Source: Lachnospiraceae bacterium (GTDB lineage: Bacteria; Bacillota; Clostridia; Lachnospirales; Lachnospiraceae). From it: 64,000 nucleotides of DNA. Below are positions 52,574-63,642 of this stretch, piece after piece. A model generated the notes under the pieces. The model did no database searches. It was not told the origin of the DNA and saw only the letters and a program-made list of their open reading frames with translations. Location: positions 1,338,972 to 1,402,971 of the forward strand of contig JAJXRY010000002.1 of assembly GCA_021628825.1 (NCBI GenBank), in the 5' to 3' direction. The position numbers and the translations under genes are program-made. The stretch's first letter is position 1. The number at the start of each line of letters is the position of its first letter.

Positions 52574-53867
52574 ATGAAAAAATTATCAGCTCTATTTTGT
52601 ATAGGAACGATGATGCTTGGAATAATGGGCTGCAGTGCCGGTAAGCAGATTACAGAATTACCGGAAGACACCACGGTAATCCTTGAAGATACGGAAGACG
52701 GAATGTCGGAAGAAGCCGGCAGCAGTGAAGAGGAACAAAAATACGGATACTGCGGAAACAACAGACCTTAACGAAGGGCAGAAAATTAAAAAAATGACCA
52801 GCTCTGGCAGACTGCTTATAAAGCTTTAATGAAAGATCTGGTAAGTGGTAATTTCGGAGAGGATATTCCTTTCTTTGGCTATCTGCCCGGAGATTCGGAG
52901 TATGACCAGTTAATGGAATATGGTTATGGCGTGGACGGCTATTATCTTTATGATGTAGATAAGGATGACGTGCCGGAGCTTATGGTAAAAATTTGGTACC
53001 TGCGAAGCAGATTATGATGGCCGGTTATATACGTTTGACGGTGAACATGCAGTATATGTCGGAGAGTTCCCTCTTGGACATTCCGGTCTGGCAACCTGTC
53101 CTTCACAGAATGGGGTGATTCTGAACTATGGACATATGGGCGGCGCTTATATGCAGAAGATGACTCTTAAGAACGGGGAGCTTGAATTTGAGGAGCTTCT
53201 GTCGGAAACACTGGGAGATGATCCGTATGCGTCTTATACCCTTCCGGGAGAAGTGATTCCGGGAGCGGACATCCTTTCAGAGATGAAACCGGAAGATACA
53301 CTTCCGATTGATACATATCGAATCTGGATTCAGAATCTTGAGGCAGATGTAGAACCAACTACTGTGGAGGATGAGAGTCTGGAACAGAGGTATCTTACTA
53401 CCATTTTACAGAATGGAACCGTTGTTGGAATCACGGCGGACGGTTATGGCGGTGATACCGGTACATGTACGATGGAAGAATATCTGGGGCCCAATATGGT
53501 GGACCAATATTCTGATGCAGGTATGGAGATTGTAGCCTATACCTATATTGATACGAATGGGGACGGCTCAGAGGAATGTGTCCTGAGACTCCGTGGAGCA
53601 GATCCGGAGGAATCGGATGATTTATCCGGAAAGTGGGTAGTATTAAGTGAGCAGGACGGCACAATGTATGCCTATTGCATTAATTACCAAATGACCTACA
53701 CACTGCTGGAAAACGGTGCATTTCGTCCGAACGATGCGTACAGTACGAATAATTTCCGCATTCTGTTTGATAAAGATCAGTGTTTCCTTTACTATACGGT
53801 GTTGGATGAAAAGCACGCCGAACAGGAATGGATCGATATTGCAGTAGAAGAACCGGTTATGAAATAG
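52574..53867 (+). CDS. Lipoprotein of unknown function, paralog B (frameshifted); about 70% identical to paralog A over the C-terminal 250 aa
   Basis: MKKLSALFCIGTMMLGIMGCSAG and the same conserved blocks as paralog A (track ORFs 52829-53017 and 53115-53867). Confidence 0.55.
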
Positions 53868-53886
53868 TAGGAAATGGACAAAGACA

Positions 53887-54545
53887 ATGGCTAAAGCAGA
53901 AAATAATTTTTTTCGTGTAGCAGCAGATGGATTTTATGGAGAATTATTTCATCCTGAAAAGGATTGTTATCCGGGTAAGGCACTCATCTGTTTCAGTGGA
54001 AGTGATGGAGGAATAGAACTGGCAAAGGCTCTGGCTGGCGTTTTTCAGGCGCAGGGGCTGACAACACTGGCACTGGCTTATGTGCTGGAGGAGGGACTGC
54101 CGAACCAGTTTTCCAAAGTGCCCCTTGACACCCTTGAGGCGGCAGCGAAACGTCTGCATGATATGGGCTATGAAAAGGTAGGAGTATGTGGCATCTCGAA
54201 AGGAGCAGAGCTTGCCGGTATGTCAGGGATTTGTCAAGGACAAAGGAACTTCCTTATTCCGCTTATAGAACGGAAAAGTTTCCGCTCGGTCAGATCCTTT
54301 GGAAAAGTATTAGAATCGGGGATGTTACCATGTATGACCTCTATGAGCCGCTGGTGCTGAATCCGAATCCGGATGCGGTGATTCAGGCAGAGAAGATTAT
54401 CAAGCGGTTAAGGGAGCACAACTTTGCCTACGATTATCAACACTTAAGCTATGATTATGGCGGACATATGTTTGTTCCCATGGAATTTGGACAGACTAAG
54501 ATGTTCAAGGGTGACCGTGGCAAAAAAACAAAGAAGCCGGTCTGA
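53887..54545 (+). CDS. Alpha/beta hydrolase (BAAT/acyl-CoA thioesterase C-terminal-domain-like), frameshifted
   Basis: Nucleophile elbow GISKGAE. The C-terminus ..YDYGGHMFVP.. lies in a second frame. Confidence 0.45.
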
Positions 54546-54931
54546 AAGCACGTCTTGATTCCCTTGCGAAAACACTGGAGTTTGTGGCAAAATGGTAAAA
54601 CGGAAAAGCACACGGAGGATTAATTTACTTACCGGGCAGAAGAAACAAGATCTTCTGTCCGCTGAAGATAATCACCGGTGTGCTTTTTTTACTGCCTTCT
54701 TGGTGAGAGCAATTTTATAAGAAAAAAATCATTCATATTATCAACACTGATTTTTCTCATTGGTATAAAGAGCGCCGGAAATGGAAGCCAGTGGAAAAAA
54801 ACCTCCGGTTCACCATGACGATTCAGGGAATGGATTTCTCCGTGATTTGACGTAATTGCTGTTTAATAGATAATGTGTAAAAAAATAGATAAAAATATAA
54901 TTTGGAATATATTCGGAAAGGAATATCAGTG

Positions 54932-56314
54932 ATGAAGCGATTGCAGCAACGATTATTTAGAACAAGAATTTACTCCAGCGGGATCGGTTTATGTATCCTG
55001 ATGCTTGCTTTGCTTTCCGGTTGTGCAGGAGCAGAGAAGACGTTGCTTGATGGTACTTTACAGGGCAGCCTTCCGGTAGAAAGTACAGGCTTAACGATTC
55101 AGAAGACGATTTCTGCTTCAGCAGATTCCGGTCTGGAAGAGGCTGATCCGGCAGATGCCAATCAGGAAAATTCAGAGGGAAAGTTAGCACAAGGGCTGTC
55201 AGAGAATACACTGTCAGAATCCGAAGAGGAAGCAACCGGGGCAGGAACTGAATACAGGATTGTGATGGTCGGGGATGTGCTTTTGCACGCACCGGTAGAA
55301 GAAAGCTGCAGGAGACCGGATGGAAGCTATAACTATGATTCTTTGTTTGCACATACAAATGAGGAAATTTCGGCGGCAGATCTGGCACTTGTGAATCAGG
55401 AGGTGATTATCGGCGGCTCTGAACTTGGAATTTCCGGATATCCCTGCTTCAATGCAGACTTTAGCCTCTGTGATTCTCTGGCGAGTACCGGATTTAACGT
55501 GATCTGTCATGCGACAAATCATGCGCTGGACAAGGGCCGGGCAGGGCTTATAAGCTGTGCACAGCATTGGAGAGAGCAATATCCACAGATTACTGTTCTG
55601 GGGATTCATGATACTGCGGATACCGCAACATCATGTGGTGCTGATCCGGTAATTATCGAGCTGCCGGAGTTATGCATTGCTGTTTTGAACTATACCTATG
55701 GAACGAACGGTATTCCCCTTCCTGAAGACATGCCATATGCGGTAGATCTGCTTAATGAGGAACAGGTGGCGGCTGATCTTCGCAGAGCAGAGGAACTGGC
55801 AGATTTTACCATTGTCTGTCCGCACTGGGGAACAGAATACCGGCTTACCCCGGATGCTTCACAGGAAAAGTGGGTTCAGATTTTTCTGGAAAACGGTGCG
55901 GATCTGGTTCTTGGTACGCATCCCCATGTGATTGAGCCAATCGAATGGGTTACAGATCCTGAGAATGGTCATGAAATGCTGGTCTATTATTCGCTTGGTA
56001 ATTTTGTGAACTGGACATCAGGAACCGGTGAAGGTGTTGCAAACCGCATGGTAGGTGGTATGGCAGAGGTCACTATTACAATGAACGATGTAGGAGAAGC
56101 TGAGATTACCGATTATGGAGTACGTCCCTTAGTCAGCCATGTGACAGCAGGATCTGGCGGCGTGACAACCTATTTTCTGGAGGATTATACACAGGAACTG
56201 GAAGCACAAAATGAGATCACCTTACAGGATTCGGATTTTTCCCTGGAATATTGTATTAATCTGTGCGATTCCGTATGGGGAGATCTGTGGAAAAAGAGTA
56301 TTTGTAATTTTTAG
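54932..56314 (+). CDS. CapA/PGA_cap family lipoprotein (second copy), intact
   Basis: MKRLQQRLF..LLSGCAG lipobox. RIVMVGDVLLH..NVICHATNHALDKG..CPHWGTEY..LVLGTHPHVIEP..VYYSLGNFV. Confidence 0.7.
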   Translation: MKRLQQRLFRTRIYSSGIGLCILMLALLSGCAGAEKTLLDGTLQGSLPVESTGLTIQKTISASADSGLEEADPADANQENSEGKLAQGLSENTLSESEEEATGAGTEYRIVMVGDVLLHAPVEESCRRPDGSYNYDSLFAHTNEEISAADLALVNQEVIIGGSELGISGYPCFNADFSLCDSLASTGFNVICHATNHALDKGRAGLISCAQHWREQYPQITVLGIHDTADTATSCGADPVIIELPELCIAVLNYTYGTNGIPLPEDMPYAVDLLNEEQVAADLRRAEELADFTIVCPHWGTEYRLTPDASQEKWVQIFLENGADLVLGTHPHVIEPIEWVTDPENGHEMLVYYSLGNFVNWTSGTGEGVANRMVGGMAEVTITMNDVGEAEITDYGVRPLVSHVTAGSGGVTTYFLEDYTQELEAQNEITLQDSDFSLEYCINLCDSVWGDLWKKSICNF

Positions 56315-56317
56315 CTA

Positions 56318-56346
56318 TTGACATACGACATTTCGCATGTTATATT
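56318..56346 (+). promoter_or_regulatory. Sigma-A-like promoter (TTGACA-17-TATATT)
   Basis: ttgacatacgacatttcgcatgttatatt, about 240 bp upstream of the 56587 ORF. Confidence 0.3.
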
Positions 56347-56586
56347 CTTTGCAAAGCATATATTTCAAATAAATAAATCTGAATCGTCCGTGTCTGATGC
56401 GGATGAATTTCGAAGATATTCATAGAAAGGAACGATACTGAAATACATGCTTTTTAAATCACATTCAAACAATTGAAAAAAAGCGGGACGAAGGAAAAAC
56501 AGACGCTGGTTTGTATGAACAGGGATGAACGTTTATATGGAACGTTGACCGGTTCGTTTTTTATCTTCCCGTAAAGGGAGGAAGAT

Positions 56587-57681
56587 ATGGGAGAAGTAAA
56601 AGTAACCAAAGAAGTGACAGAGGGAGTAACAAAAACAGCAGAAGTAACAGCAAAGGCAGTAGAAGCAACAGGGAAAACAGTCAAAGAAATAGCAAGAGAA
56701 ATAAAAGTACAAAGAAATTATAAAGATACGGTAAGCCGGATGCTGTTCCGGGAACCGGAGAATGCGCTGTCTTTATATAATGCTTTAAATGGAACAAGTT
56801 ATACGGATGCTTCACAGATTACATTTAATATGTTAGACAATGCAATCTATATGGGGATGCAGAATGACATTTCATTTTTGATTATGAATGAAGTCAACCT
56901 GTATGAGCATCAGTCTACTTATAATCTGAATATGCCCTTACGGGATTTGTTTTATGTGGCAGAACTGCTGCAGGTTTATGTGAAAGATCAATCGTTGTAC
57001 AGTTCCAAATTAATTAAGTTACCAACACCGCATTTTGTGGTATTCTATAATGGAATAGAAAGCAAACCGGAAAAAGCGGATCCTGAGACTATCGGAAGCA
57101 TTTGAAGTACCAACGGATGATCCGGAACTGGAATTAAAGGTAACGATACTGAACATTAATCCTAAGATGAATGAAGAATTGAAGGGAAAATGTCCGGTGT
57201 TAAAGCAATATACACAGTATGTAGAGCAGGTCCGGTACAACAGTGCAAATATGCCATTGGAACAGGCTGTAGAAGAGGCGATCGAATATTGTGTCAGACA
57301 TGATATATTGAAGGATTTTTTTGTTAAAGCAAAAGAGCAGAGGTAGTCAAGATGAGTATTTTTTTGAATATGATGAAGAACGTGAAATTGAGTTGATTCG
57401 GAGAGATGAACGTGAAATCGGAGAGCAGATTGGAAAAGAGATCGGACAAGAAATTGGAGCTCGGAAGGAACGTCAAAATACACAGAAAATCCTGAAAGAA
57501 GAGAGACGGAAAGCCCAGCAGGAACTAGACAAAAAGTCAGGAGAATGCTATTCAATCAATGATTTCTCTTTGCCGGAGATTGGGTGGAACAAGAGAGCAG
57601 GCAATAGAAGAATTACAGGAAAATTATGGTCTGACCAAAGAGAAGGCAGAAGAGAAGGTAAAGATTTATTGGAAGGAATGA
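56587..57681 (+). CDS. Rpn-family (YhgA-like, PD-(D/E)XK) recombination-promoting nuclease/putative transposase, frameshifted
   Basis: ..DTVSRMLFREPENALSLYNALNG.. in the N-domain, a middle Glu/Arg/Ile/Gly-rich repeat (EREIGEQIGKEIGQEIGARKER), and C-terminal ..EEAIEELQENYGLTKEKAEEKVKIYWKE typical of the family. Parts lie in three frames. Confidence 0.4.
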
Positions 57682-58327
57682 GCAAAATCATATCCTGCCG
57701 ATAACGTTATATATTATTTCTAAATTTCTTGATAAATCATTCATTACTTCCATTCGATGCCCTACATTTTTTTCAATATAGCAATTGATGTTTTCAGCTT
57801 CGCATAATGACTTTACTATATTCCACTCTATTATTCGGTCCTTTGTTCCTAAAGAAACCAAAAAGAATATTATTGTCTTTTTTTAATATATCTAAGGGTA
57901 TCTTCAATTGGAGTAAAAAAAGTATTAATTGGACATTTAGATTGTATATCTCTTTTATTTTACAAGCAACAACTGTTCCAATGCTTTTTGCCAATAAATA
58001 CGATGTCATCATATTTGCTAAGATTTAATGCATCTAGTACCATATAAAAAAACAAAACGCGGAAGATGGGGCTTGAAGATTAAGAGAGTCCTGAAAGTAT
58101 TGTAGTAGGAGGGGTTCGGCACATCGTTTTTAAGTGTAACTCAGTTTGTAACCAGAACTATTACTTTTTTATAAAATAATATTCCTATTTGCATAACTAA
58201 ACTAATGGAATTATAATCATTCATATAGGAACAGGGGGATAAAAAAATAATAAAAATCATTACCAATTATTTTAGCAATTTTTAGTTTTTCGTATCTATA
58301 ACAGGAAATGTCCTCTTATATTCTAAA

Positions 58328-58800
58328 TTGAAATCAGCAAATACAGAGAATCAAAACCTGAATGCTACTGTATCAGAAATTCAGTCTTCCATGAACAATC
58401 TGGAAAACCAGATATCCGAAGTCCAAACAGACCTTTCAGATACAAACACCAAAAACGAAGAATTACAATCCGAAAATGAATCCCTGCAATCAGAGATAGA
58501 GTCATTACAGGCAGAACAAATAGAAAAGGTAAAAAAAGCTGGAACAACAGGAAACAACCAAAGTAGAGTTTACAGAAGAGAGATATCAGTACTTTTTCTA
58601 AAATGATGCAGGAAGATCCAGAGAATAAAACAGGCTGGCAGGATGATTATTCTTATGATGAGGTAGTAGAATACATAACAAGGGATGTTATGAAAGATAT
58701 GCCGAGTGGTGGTTCCAGTGGACACATTGATGCTCCTGCTCCCGAAGGAAGTGCACCAAGTAACGCAAATGAAATTGGTGACGGTGGTATTGATTTTTAG
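58328..58800 (+). pseudogene. Coiled-coil protein fragment (no proper start; two frames)
   Basis: ..NQNLNATVSEIQSSMNNLENQISEVQTDLSDTNTKNEELQSENESLQSEIESLQAEQ.. then ..MMQEDPENKTGWQDDYSYDEVVEYITRD... Lies in an AT-rich region. Confidence 0.25.
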
Positions 58801-59077
58801 TGGACCAAGAGACCCTAGTGGTATAGGTGTAGTTATTCAATAATATGGTGTAATAGGTGCTTGAATAGTGGTAGAATGTCTGATATGATAAAAAAATAAA
58901 GATGTAGGTCAAGAATGACACGTCTATAGTAAAAATTTTTTTATATGTCTTTACAAAAAAAGTGTTGACGTTATGCAAGGCAAATGATAACTTTATATAT
59001 GTGAAAAGTAATAAAAAGAGCGTTACCGTAAAGAAACGGTTCGCCCAAGTTAATAGTTACTATTTAAAAAAAGCAAC

Positions 59078-59212
59078 CTATTCCTTTGGTCGAGGGCGGT
59101 TGCTTTTTTGATGTTTATCTTTTCTGCAAGTCTGAATAATACTGACAAGCGTAACAATTATGCTGATAACTGTTACAACAATACCAATGACACTCACAGT
59201 AATTTCTGGCAT
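59078..59212 (-). CDS. Candidate 44-aa hydrophobic peptide (type-I-toxin-like): MPEITVSVIGIVVTVISIIVTLVSIIQTCRKDKHQKSNRPRPKE
   Basis: Single TM plus basic tail. The stop lies inside a strong terminator hairpin (59066-59109, aaaaaagcaacc..ggttgctttttt). No clear RBS. Confidence 0.2.
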   Translation of the reverse strand: MPEITVSVIGIVVTVISIIVTLVSIIQTCRKDKHQKSNRPRPKE

Positions 59213-59507
59213 CAAATTATGTACCTTTCGTTATATTTTCCATTTGTACCACCTCCTAAAATACAGGAAGTTCTCAAAATGTCAAACATTTTGGCGAGAG
59301 AAGAACCACTACCCGTTTGAGTAACGCTCATTCTTATATGATACTCTAAGATGGGATTGAAGTAAACAGAATTATAACAAGAAACATATAAAAATACAAA
59401 AACATGAATTTGTAAAGTTTATCAGACCATTTCAAATTAGAAGCTGACTTGAAATTCTAAATTCCAGTGCACAGGTAAATTCCAAGGTTTTTAGGCTAAA
59501 CATAACA

Positions 59508-59760
59508 ATGTGGAAGATGGGGTGCACGAGGTCCGGTGGACCTCGGTTTTGCACCGACCGGAGCGAAGCGGAGACCTTGGACTTCATGATGAAAAATTTG
59601 AGAAATTGCGGAAGATGGGGTGAGGAGGAAAGAAAAAAAGGTTCAGGGAACCTTTTTTTCCTCCGAACTCGACCGACGAGGCATGATCATGCCGAGGAGA
59701 CCTTGGACCTTGGGTTCAAGGGACTCCTCGGCATAAATCAAAAAGACTCAGGTTAAAACC
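59508..59760. repeat. Repeat-rich region next to the tRNA 3' end: partial copies of the tRNA 3' terminus plus long hairpins
   Basis: tgtggaagatgggg (59510), tgcggaagatgggg (59590) and tgcggaagatggga (59778, the tRNA). Hairpin cgaggtcc-ggtg-gacctcg; about 19-bp hairpin ggaggaaagaaaaaaaggttc-aggg-aacctttttttcctcc; atgccgaggag..ctcctcggcat; repeated ggagaccttggac. Confidence 0.6.
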
Positions 59761-59777
59761 TGAGTCTTTTGATTTTA

Positions 59778-59861
59778 TGCGGAAGATGGGACTTGAACCC
59801 ACACGGTATTGCTACCACAAGATCCTTAGTCTTGCTCGTCTGCCAGTTCCGACACTTCCGC
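59778..59861 (-). tRNA. tRNA-Leu (class II, long variable arm), apparent anticodon AAG; CCA not encoded
   Basis: Reverse complement GCGGAAGTGTCGGAACTGGCAGACGAGCAAGACTAAGGATCTTGTGGTAGCAATACCGTGTGGGTTCAAGTCCCATCTTCCGCA. It has a perfect 7-bp acceptor stem, a D-loop with GG, anticodon stem CAAGA/TCTTG with loop CTAAGGA, variable stem GGTA/TACC, T-loop TTCAAGT and discriminator A. Confidence 0.8.
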
Positions 59862-59940
59862 TTGACTTACGCCACGAATGATATATTACCATCTTATATG
59901 GTTTTTAGTCAAGAAATTTTTGCAAAAATTTCACTTTTTC

Positions 59941-60450
59941 TTAAAAACTTTGGAACAGTCCAATAGCTGGTGGTAAATACGTGAAGAGAACAAAACATAG
60001 GAGTAACAGGATAACGGTTATCATAAGCGGGAAGGTAAAGGTACGGAAACGGCATGAGAGCGTGAGCCGGTACACGATCCGGAAGGCGCACAGGACACTG
60101 GCTATAAAGGTTGCAATATCCAGTGCCATTACATTTTTCCCAAGAATGCCGCTGTAGGTGTAAAAGAACACCGGAATGAGAAAGGTTCCCGCGAGAATTC
60201 CACAGCACAGCGCGGATGTGATACAGGGATATTCCTGCTTCAGTCCCTGATTCATATAAAGCGCATACAGAAACATAGGGAAAAACAAAAGCTTCATATG
60301 CTCCCAGGTGGATTCGCTCACCGGTACAAGAAAACCGACCAGCGTGTTTTGTCCGCTCCAGTCGTACACAAAGTGCGAGATCGTTCCAAGCACGAGGACA
60401 AAAACAATTCCAATGATCGTGGTTGATTTTAAAATATTGTCTGAGTTCAT
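59941..60450 (-). CDS. Multi-pass membrane protein, hypothetical
   Basis: 169 aa with 4-5 predicted TM helices. The overlapping 183-aa ORF in another minus frame is judged spurious. Confidence 0.4.
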   Translation of the reverse strand: MNSDNILKSTTIIGIVFVLVLGTISHFVYDWSGQNTLVGFLVPVSESTWEHMKLLFFPMFLYALYMNQGLKQEYPCITSALCCGILAGTFLIPVFFYTYSGILGKNVMALDIATFIASVLCAFRIVYRLTLSCRFRTFTFPLMITVILLLLCFVLFTYLPPAIGLFQSF

Positions 60451-60590
60451 AATTTTTCATGTTTCTAGTATATGTAAAAAAATCCGGTAATTAGTCCTCA
60501 AATACATTATCTTATATCATTAAAAAGTGGAAAAGATATTGACAATCATTAGCGGTTAGCCTAAACTAACCACAGAGGGAGGATAAAATA

Positions 60591-61292
60591 ATGTTTTTGG
60601 AAATAAATGGAATAAAAAAGAACTTTGGCGAGGGAGACAGTCTTGTGGAAGTCCTGAAAGGGATTGATTTATCCGTGGAGAAGGGAGAGTTTTTGCGTAT
60701 TGCTCGGCCCCTCCGGATCAGGCAAGTCAACCCCTTTTTAAACATTATAGGAGGAATTGACCGGGTAGATGAGGGCAGTATCACCATCAACGGAGAAAAG
60801 ACCGAGGATATGAATGAAAAGCGCCTGACCATGTACCGGAGAAAGCACCTTGGCTACATCTTCCAGATGTATAACCTGATTCCCAATCTTACCGTACAGG
60901 AAAATATTGAGGTGGGCGCTTACTTAAGTGAGCATCCTCTGGACGTAGGAGAACTGATTGAGACACTGGGGCTTACCCAGCATAAGCACAAGCTCCCGAA
61001 CCAGTTATCCGGAGGACAGCAGCAGCGCTGTGCGATCGGACGTGCGATTGTGAAGAATCCGGATATCCTGCTTTGTGATGAGCCGACCGGGGCATTGGAT
61101 TACAATACATCGAAGGAAATTCTGAAGCTCATTGAGACTGTGAACCGGAAGTATGGAAATACCGTCATTATGGTTACCCACAACGATGCAATCAAGAATA
61201 TGGCAGACCGTGTGGTGAAGCTTCGTGACGGACAGATCCGTAAGAATTACCTGAACGAAGAAAAAATGAAAGCCGAAGATCTCGACTGGTAA
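60591..61292 (+). CDS. ABC transporter ATP-binding protein (MacB/LolD-like); compensating indels garble the Walker A region
   Basis: ..[13 protein letters not shown][..]LNIIGGID.. Q-loop, [16 protein letters not shown] signature, [12 protein letters not shown] Walker B, H-loop VTHN. Confidence 0.8.
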   Translation: MFLEINGIKKNFGEGDSLVEVLKGIDLSVEKGEFLRIARPLRIRQVNPFLNIIGGIDRVDEGSITINGEKTEDMNEKRLTMYRRKHLGYIFQMYNLIPNLTVQENIEVGAYLSEHPLDVGELIETLGLTQHKHKLPNQLSGGQQQRCAIGRAIVKNPDILLCDEPTGALDYNTSKEILKLIETVNRKYGNTVIMVTHNDAIKNMADRVVKLRDGQIRKNYLNEEKMKAEDLDW

Positions 61293-61303
61293 GGAGGCAG
61301 ACC

Positions 61304-63628
61304 ATGAAGAACCCATTAAATAAGCGCCTCCCAAGGGAGATCCGGGAGGACTTTGGAAAGTATCTGGTGATCTTTTTGCTGCTGGTGTTAAGCATAGGAC
61401 TTATTTCCGGATTTCTGGTAGCAGACAACAGCATGATCAGGGCCTACAATGACGGATTTGAAAAATACAACGTAGAAAACGGGCATTTTCTTACGGAACG
61501 TAAGATGAACAAGGCACAGAAAAAGACTGTGGAAACGAACGGAATTACCCTGTATGACCAGTTTTATGTTGAGCAGGAGGCTGACTTTGGTGCGAAGGTG
61601 AGAATTTATACCGATCGGAATGAGGTAAACACGGTCTGTCTGATGAAGGGAATGCTTCCTGTAAAGGAAAATGAAATTGCACTGGACCGTATGTTTGCGG
61701 ATAATCACGAATTGACAACGGGAGATACGATCCTTCTTGCAGACAAAGAGTACACGATTACCGGTCTGGTGGCCCTGCCGGATTACAGTTGTCTGTTTGA
61801 AAAGAACAGCGATTCCATGTTTGACGCGATGCTGTTTGGTGTTGCAATCGTTTCGAGCGATGCCTTCGCGCAATTTGCGGAGGAAGAACTGAATTATGAT
61901 TATGCTTGGAAATATCATACGGAGCCGCAAAAATGAGGCAGAAGAAAAGAAGGTTTCAGAGGATTTGATGAGTGCGGTCAATGAGGAAGTTACCCTTAAG
62001 GATTACATACCGCGTTTCGAAAATCAGGCCATTAATTTTACAGGAGAGGACATAGGCAGTGACCGTGCCATGATGATCGTTCTTCTTTATATGGTCATTG
62101 CCATTATGGCATTTGTGTTTGCTATTACCACGTCAAACACGATTGAAAAAGAGGCAAATGTGATCGGAACGCTTCGTGCAAGCGGTTATACGAGGGGAGA
62201 ACTGATTCGTCACTATATGGCAATGCCCTGCATCGTGACTCTGATCAGTGCAGTTCTCGGAAATGTGTTAGGCTATACTGTAATGAAGAACTTTTTGCGC
62301 AGGCATGTACTATGGAAGCTACAGCCTGCCGACCTATGAAACGGTCTGGAATGCAGAAGCTTTTCTTGAAACAACCGTGGTCCCGGTAGTGCTTATGGTA
62401 CTCATTAATTTCTGGATTCTGCACCGGAAGCTGAAATTGAGCCCGTTGCAGTTTCTGCGCAGGGATCTTTCACGGAAGAAGAAAAAGGAGAGCAGTGCGG
62501 CTTAATCCTTCCTTACGGTTCTTTACCAGGTTCCGGATCCGTGTGCTTTTTGCAGAATGCGGCAAATTATCTCATCATGTTTATCGGGATCCAGTTTGCC
62601 TATATGTTATTGATGTTTGGACTGGTCATGCAGCCGATTCTGGAGCACTATCAGGCACTCATCACCGACAATATGATCGCGGATTATCAGTATATCCTGA
62701 ACATGCCGGTATCGGAGATGAATGAGAAATATAAGCTGAAAAATGCTGTTGGCCATGCTGGAGTTTGAGCAGAATGTCGAGACGGAAAATGAGGATGCGG
62801 AGAAATTCAGCGCCTATACCCTGCGGACAACGGATGAAAGCTATATGCTTGAGGATGTGCTGCTTTATGGAATCGAACCGGACAGCCGCTACGTGCATCT
62901 TTCCTTAAAGGAGGATGAGGTTTATGTTTCTTCTGCCTATGCGGAGAAATTTGGTCTGCAAAAGGGAGATACCATTACGTTAAAGGAAAAGTATGAGGAC
63001 AAAACCTATACCTTTACGATAACAGGGTTTTACCCCTATGAAGCAGGTCTTAATGTATTTATGACGCGGGATCACTTAAATGAAGTGTTTGATCTGGGTG
63101 ACGGCATGTTTGGCGGATATTTCAGCAACACGGAAATTACCGATATTGATGAGAAATATATCGGATCGGTCATTGATCTGGATGCTTTGACGAAGGTCAG
63201 CCGCCAGATGGTTCTTTCCATGGGTGAAATGATGAAGCTGGTCTGTGGTTTTGCCGTTCTGATCTTTGTCATTCTGGTTTACCTGCTCAGTAAAATTATT
63301 ATTGAGAAGAATGCACAGTCCATTTCCATGACCAAGATTCTGGGATATTCCAGAGGAGAAATTGCACGGCTTTATATCCTGCCGACTTCCATTATGGTGG
63401 TGCTTTGTGTACTTATAAGTATTCCGGTTACATCGTATGAAATTGGAATCATCTTGTAAAGCTATGATGTCCGGTATGATGACCGGCTGGCTGCCCTACT
63501 GGGTGCCAAAGCTGGATTATGCACAGATGATCGGCAGCGGACTCCTTTGCTATCTTGTGGTAGCGGTACTGGAATTACGCAGAATCAGCAGAGTGCCGAT
63601 GGATATGGCGCTTAAGAATGTAGAGTAA
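61304..63628 (+). CDS. FtsX-domain ABC transporter permease (MacB-type, two permease halves), split into at least six track ORFs by frameshifts
   Basis: N-terminal TM, a large extracytoplasmic domain and the FtsX TM region (..IGTLRASGYTRGELIRHY..). The second half (62743-63459) ..MTKILGYSRGEIARLYIL... Confidence 0.65.
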
Positions 63629-63642
63629 GGTAGGTGAAAGAT

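Noticed and set aside
54546-54700. Long imperfect inverted repeat (aaaagcacac..gtgtgctttttt) after the BAAT-like hydrolase, considered as a riboswitch or ncRNA
   Set aside because: The structure is best explained as a long-stem intrinsic terminator. No conserved riboswitch motifs recognised.
57794-58028. Overlapping 72-73-aa ORFs on both strands in the AT-rich stretch
   Set aside because: Low-complexity AT-rich DNA, no RBS, mutually exclusive. Probably decayed non-coding remnant.
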